Assembly: GCF_006345805.1 (NCBI RefSeq)
Contig: NW_021828505.1
Coordinates: 1 to 7,948, forward strand
Direction of reading: 5' to 3'
Source of the DNA: Octopus sinensis
Lineage: Eukaryota
Length of the DNA: 7,948 nt
Each line of letters starts with the position of its first letter. Position 1 is the stretch's first letter. Below are positions 6,722 through 7,948 of the stretch, piece by piece. The notes beneath the pieces were generated by a model. It saw nothing but the letters and a program-made list of their open reading frames with translations. It was not told the origin of the DNA and did not search any database. A program made the translations under genes and the position numbers.

Positions 6722-6820
6722 TGCAAAAACCGAGTAAAAAATTTCAGTTATCTCTCGCTTTCACACAGACAGATACATAAAAGAAGGCCGTTTGTATGAA
6801 ATAGAGTGAGTATTGTGTGT

Positions 6821-6841
6821 TGGTGGTGGTGGTGGTGGTGG
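6821..6841. repeat. (TGG)7 microsatellite
   Basis: Directly visible. Confidence 0.95.
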
Positions 6842-7240
6842 CGATGATAATTATCATTAGGAAAAAGAGTGAGTGAGTGAGGAAGACATATACATAAATT
6901 GTGGCGATGATAATTCTCCCTATGAATGCAGGCAGATAGATCAAAGAACGCCGTCTGACGAACTTATAAAGGGAAAGTGAAAGGGAGTTGAGGGGAATAC
7001 ATTAAATAACGGTAGTGGACTTTTCAAAGTTGTATATGAAGAGGAGTGAGAGGGTATTGGAGGGAATAGCGTGAGTGAGGAAGATGGCCCCTAGCAACCA
7101 CACCTTTTAAGATAGGGATTTCTAAGGTAGCCCACGAGCTTCGTCACCTCATTCTACATGTCCCTGTAAATTTTGGAGCGAATCGGACGGGATGTAGTGG
7201 CATTGAAAGCGATCCAAGCGGTAAAAACGCATTTCAGTTT

Positions 7241-7297
7241 TATATATATATATATATATAATATATATATAATTATAATATATATATATTATATATA
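7241..7297. repeat. (TA)n microsatellite
   Basis: TA tract between two diverging Helitron-like 5' ends. Confidence 0.95.
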
Positions 7298-7340
7298 AAG
7301 CTGAAGTTGTCTGATATAATGTATGTATGTATGTTTGTGT
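7290..7340 (+). mobile_element. Probable 5' end of a third Helitron-like element (family C); extent unknown
   Basis: TATATATAAAGCTGAAGTTGTCTG followed by (GTAT)n resembles the 5' ends of A (TCTATATATATAAACTG) and B (TCTATATATAAAACTGAA). No matching hairpin-CTAG 3' end was found in the window. Confidence 0.4.
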
Positions 7341-7617
7341 TGGGTGTATACGGATGTATACAACTTTTTGAACTGAATGGGTAAATTTCCCCCTAACTAT
7401 AGAGCCTTATTGTTCTTATAGAGCCTCATTTGATTGATGTATTTTCCTCTTGACCCATACCCTTCTAGGTTGTAAAGGGTTTAAATAAATGATATAAGGG
7501 ATCTTTACCCTTTGAACGGCAGATCGAGAAATAAATTTTTTGTAACTAAACACTTTCACCTGGACACTACTAACCCTAACCCTAATGTGTCATATAAAAC
7601 ATATTTTACTTTTAATG

Positions 7618-7814
7618 TTACTCTTGACCACGCCATGCTGGAGCATCGCCTTTAATCGAGCAACTAGACCCCGGGACTTATTCTTTTGTAAGCCCAGTAC
7701 TTATTCTATCGGTCTCTTTTGCCGAACCGCTAAGTAACGGGGACATAAATACACCAGTATCGGTTGTCAAGCAATGCTAGGGGGACAAACAAAGACACAC
7801 AAACACACACACAT

Positions 7815-7859
<45 letters not shown>

Positions 7860-7948
7860 CGGCTTCTTTCAGTTTCCGTCTACCAAATCCACTCACAAGG
7901 CTTTGGTTGGCCCGAGGTTATAGTAGAAGACACTTGCCCAAGGTGCCA
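7618..7948 (-). mobile_element. SINE-like retroposon (tRNA head expected beyond the window end) with an internal (TA)/(CA) tract
   Basis: The minus strand reads TGGCACCTTGGGCAAGTGTCTTCTACTATA...GTGAGTGGATTTGGTAGACGGAAACTGAAAGAAGCC-(TA)n/(TG)n-...GCTCCAGCATGGCG. CCTTGGGCAAGT is typical of the start of SINE central domains. It resembles a very abundant octopus SINE (recall). Confidence 0.78.
7820..7857. repeat. (TA)n microsatellite inside the SINE
   Basis: Directly visible. Confidence 0.96.

Larger units (their letters stand above)
5285..7250 (-). mobile_element. Non-autonomous Helitron-like element, family B (~1966 bp including a nested SINE and microsatellites)
   Basis: The 3' end is a hairpin ACCCGC(5298-5303)-7 nt-GCGGGT(5311-5316), 9 nt, then CTAG (5285-5288). 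The 5' segment 7089-7248 is nearly identical to 5123-5282 at an offset of exactly 1966 bp, and the terminal TC is replaced by (TA)n. Continuity of the interior is inferred. Confidence 0.58.

Noticed and set aside
6395-6944. ORFs 6395-6799, 6420-6713 and 6744-6944
   Set aside because: Translations of TG/CA/TGG microsatellites.
5123-7248. 160-bp direct repeats as LTRs of a TRIM/LARD
   Set aside because: No TG...CA ends, TSD, PBS or PPT. The TC start and hairpin-CTAG end fit a Helitron tandem better.
7570-7585. Telomere-like CTAACCCTAACCCTAA
   Set aside because: Fewer than three units, which is too short to call an interstitial telomere or healing site.

Overview
Eukaryotic, AT-rich, repeat-dense DNA with no intact prokaryote-style genes. 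The repeat vocabulary resembles octopus/coleoid cephalopod genomes (recall, not verified). In order: (TA)n tracts enclose a ~310-bp module carrying a Penelope-type (type I) hammerhead-ribozyme motif (459-522). A decayed minus-strand mariner (DD34D-type) element is split in its 5' UTR by a ~1.3-kb decayed plus-strand DD41D (rosa/VS-type) element with paired TIRs. Two candidate plus-strand coding exons of an unidentified host membrane protein follow (3463-3608, 3765-3921), and the ORF track misses them. Next is a cluster of non-autonomous Helitron-like elements (5'-TC...hairpin-CTAG-3', minus strand), including an exact CTAG|TC head-to-tail junction at 5284/5285 and a probable chimera of two families. 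Two SINE-like fragments and several micro/minisatellites complete the window. Most ORFs in the supplied track are transposase fragments or simple-repeat artefacts. No wholly new system can be demonstrated from the sequence alone. The best leads are the hammerhead module, the Helitron tandem/chimera and the unannotated exons.
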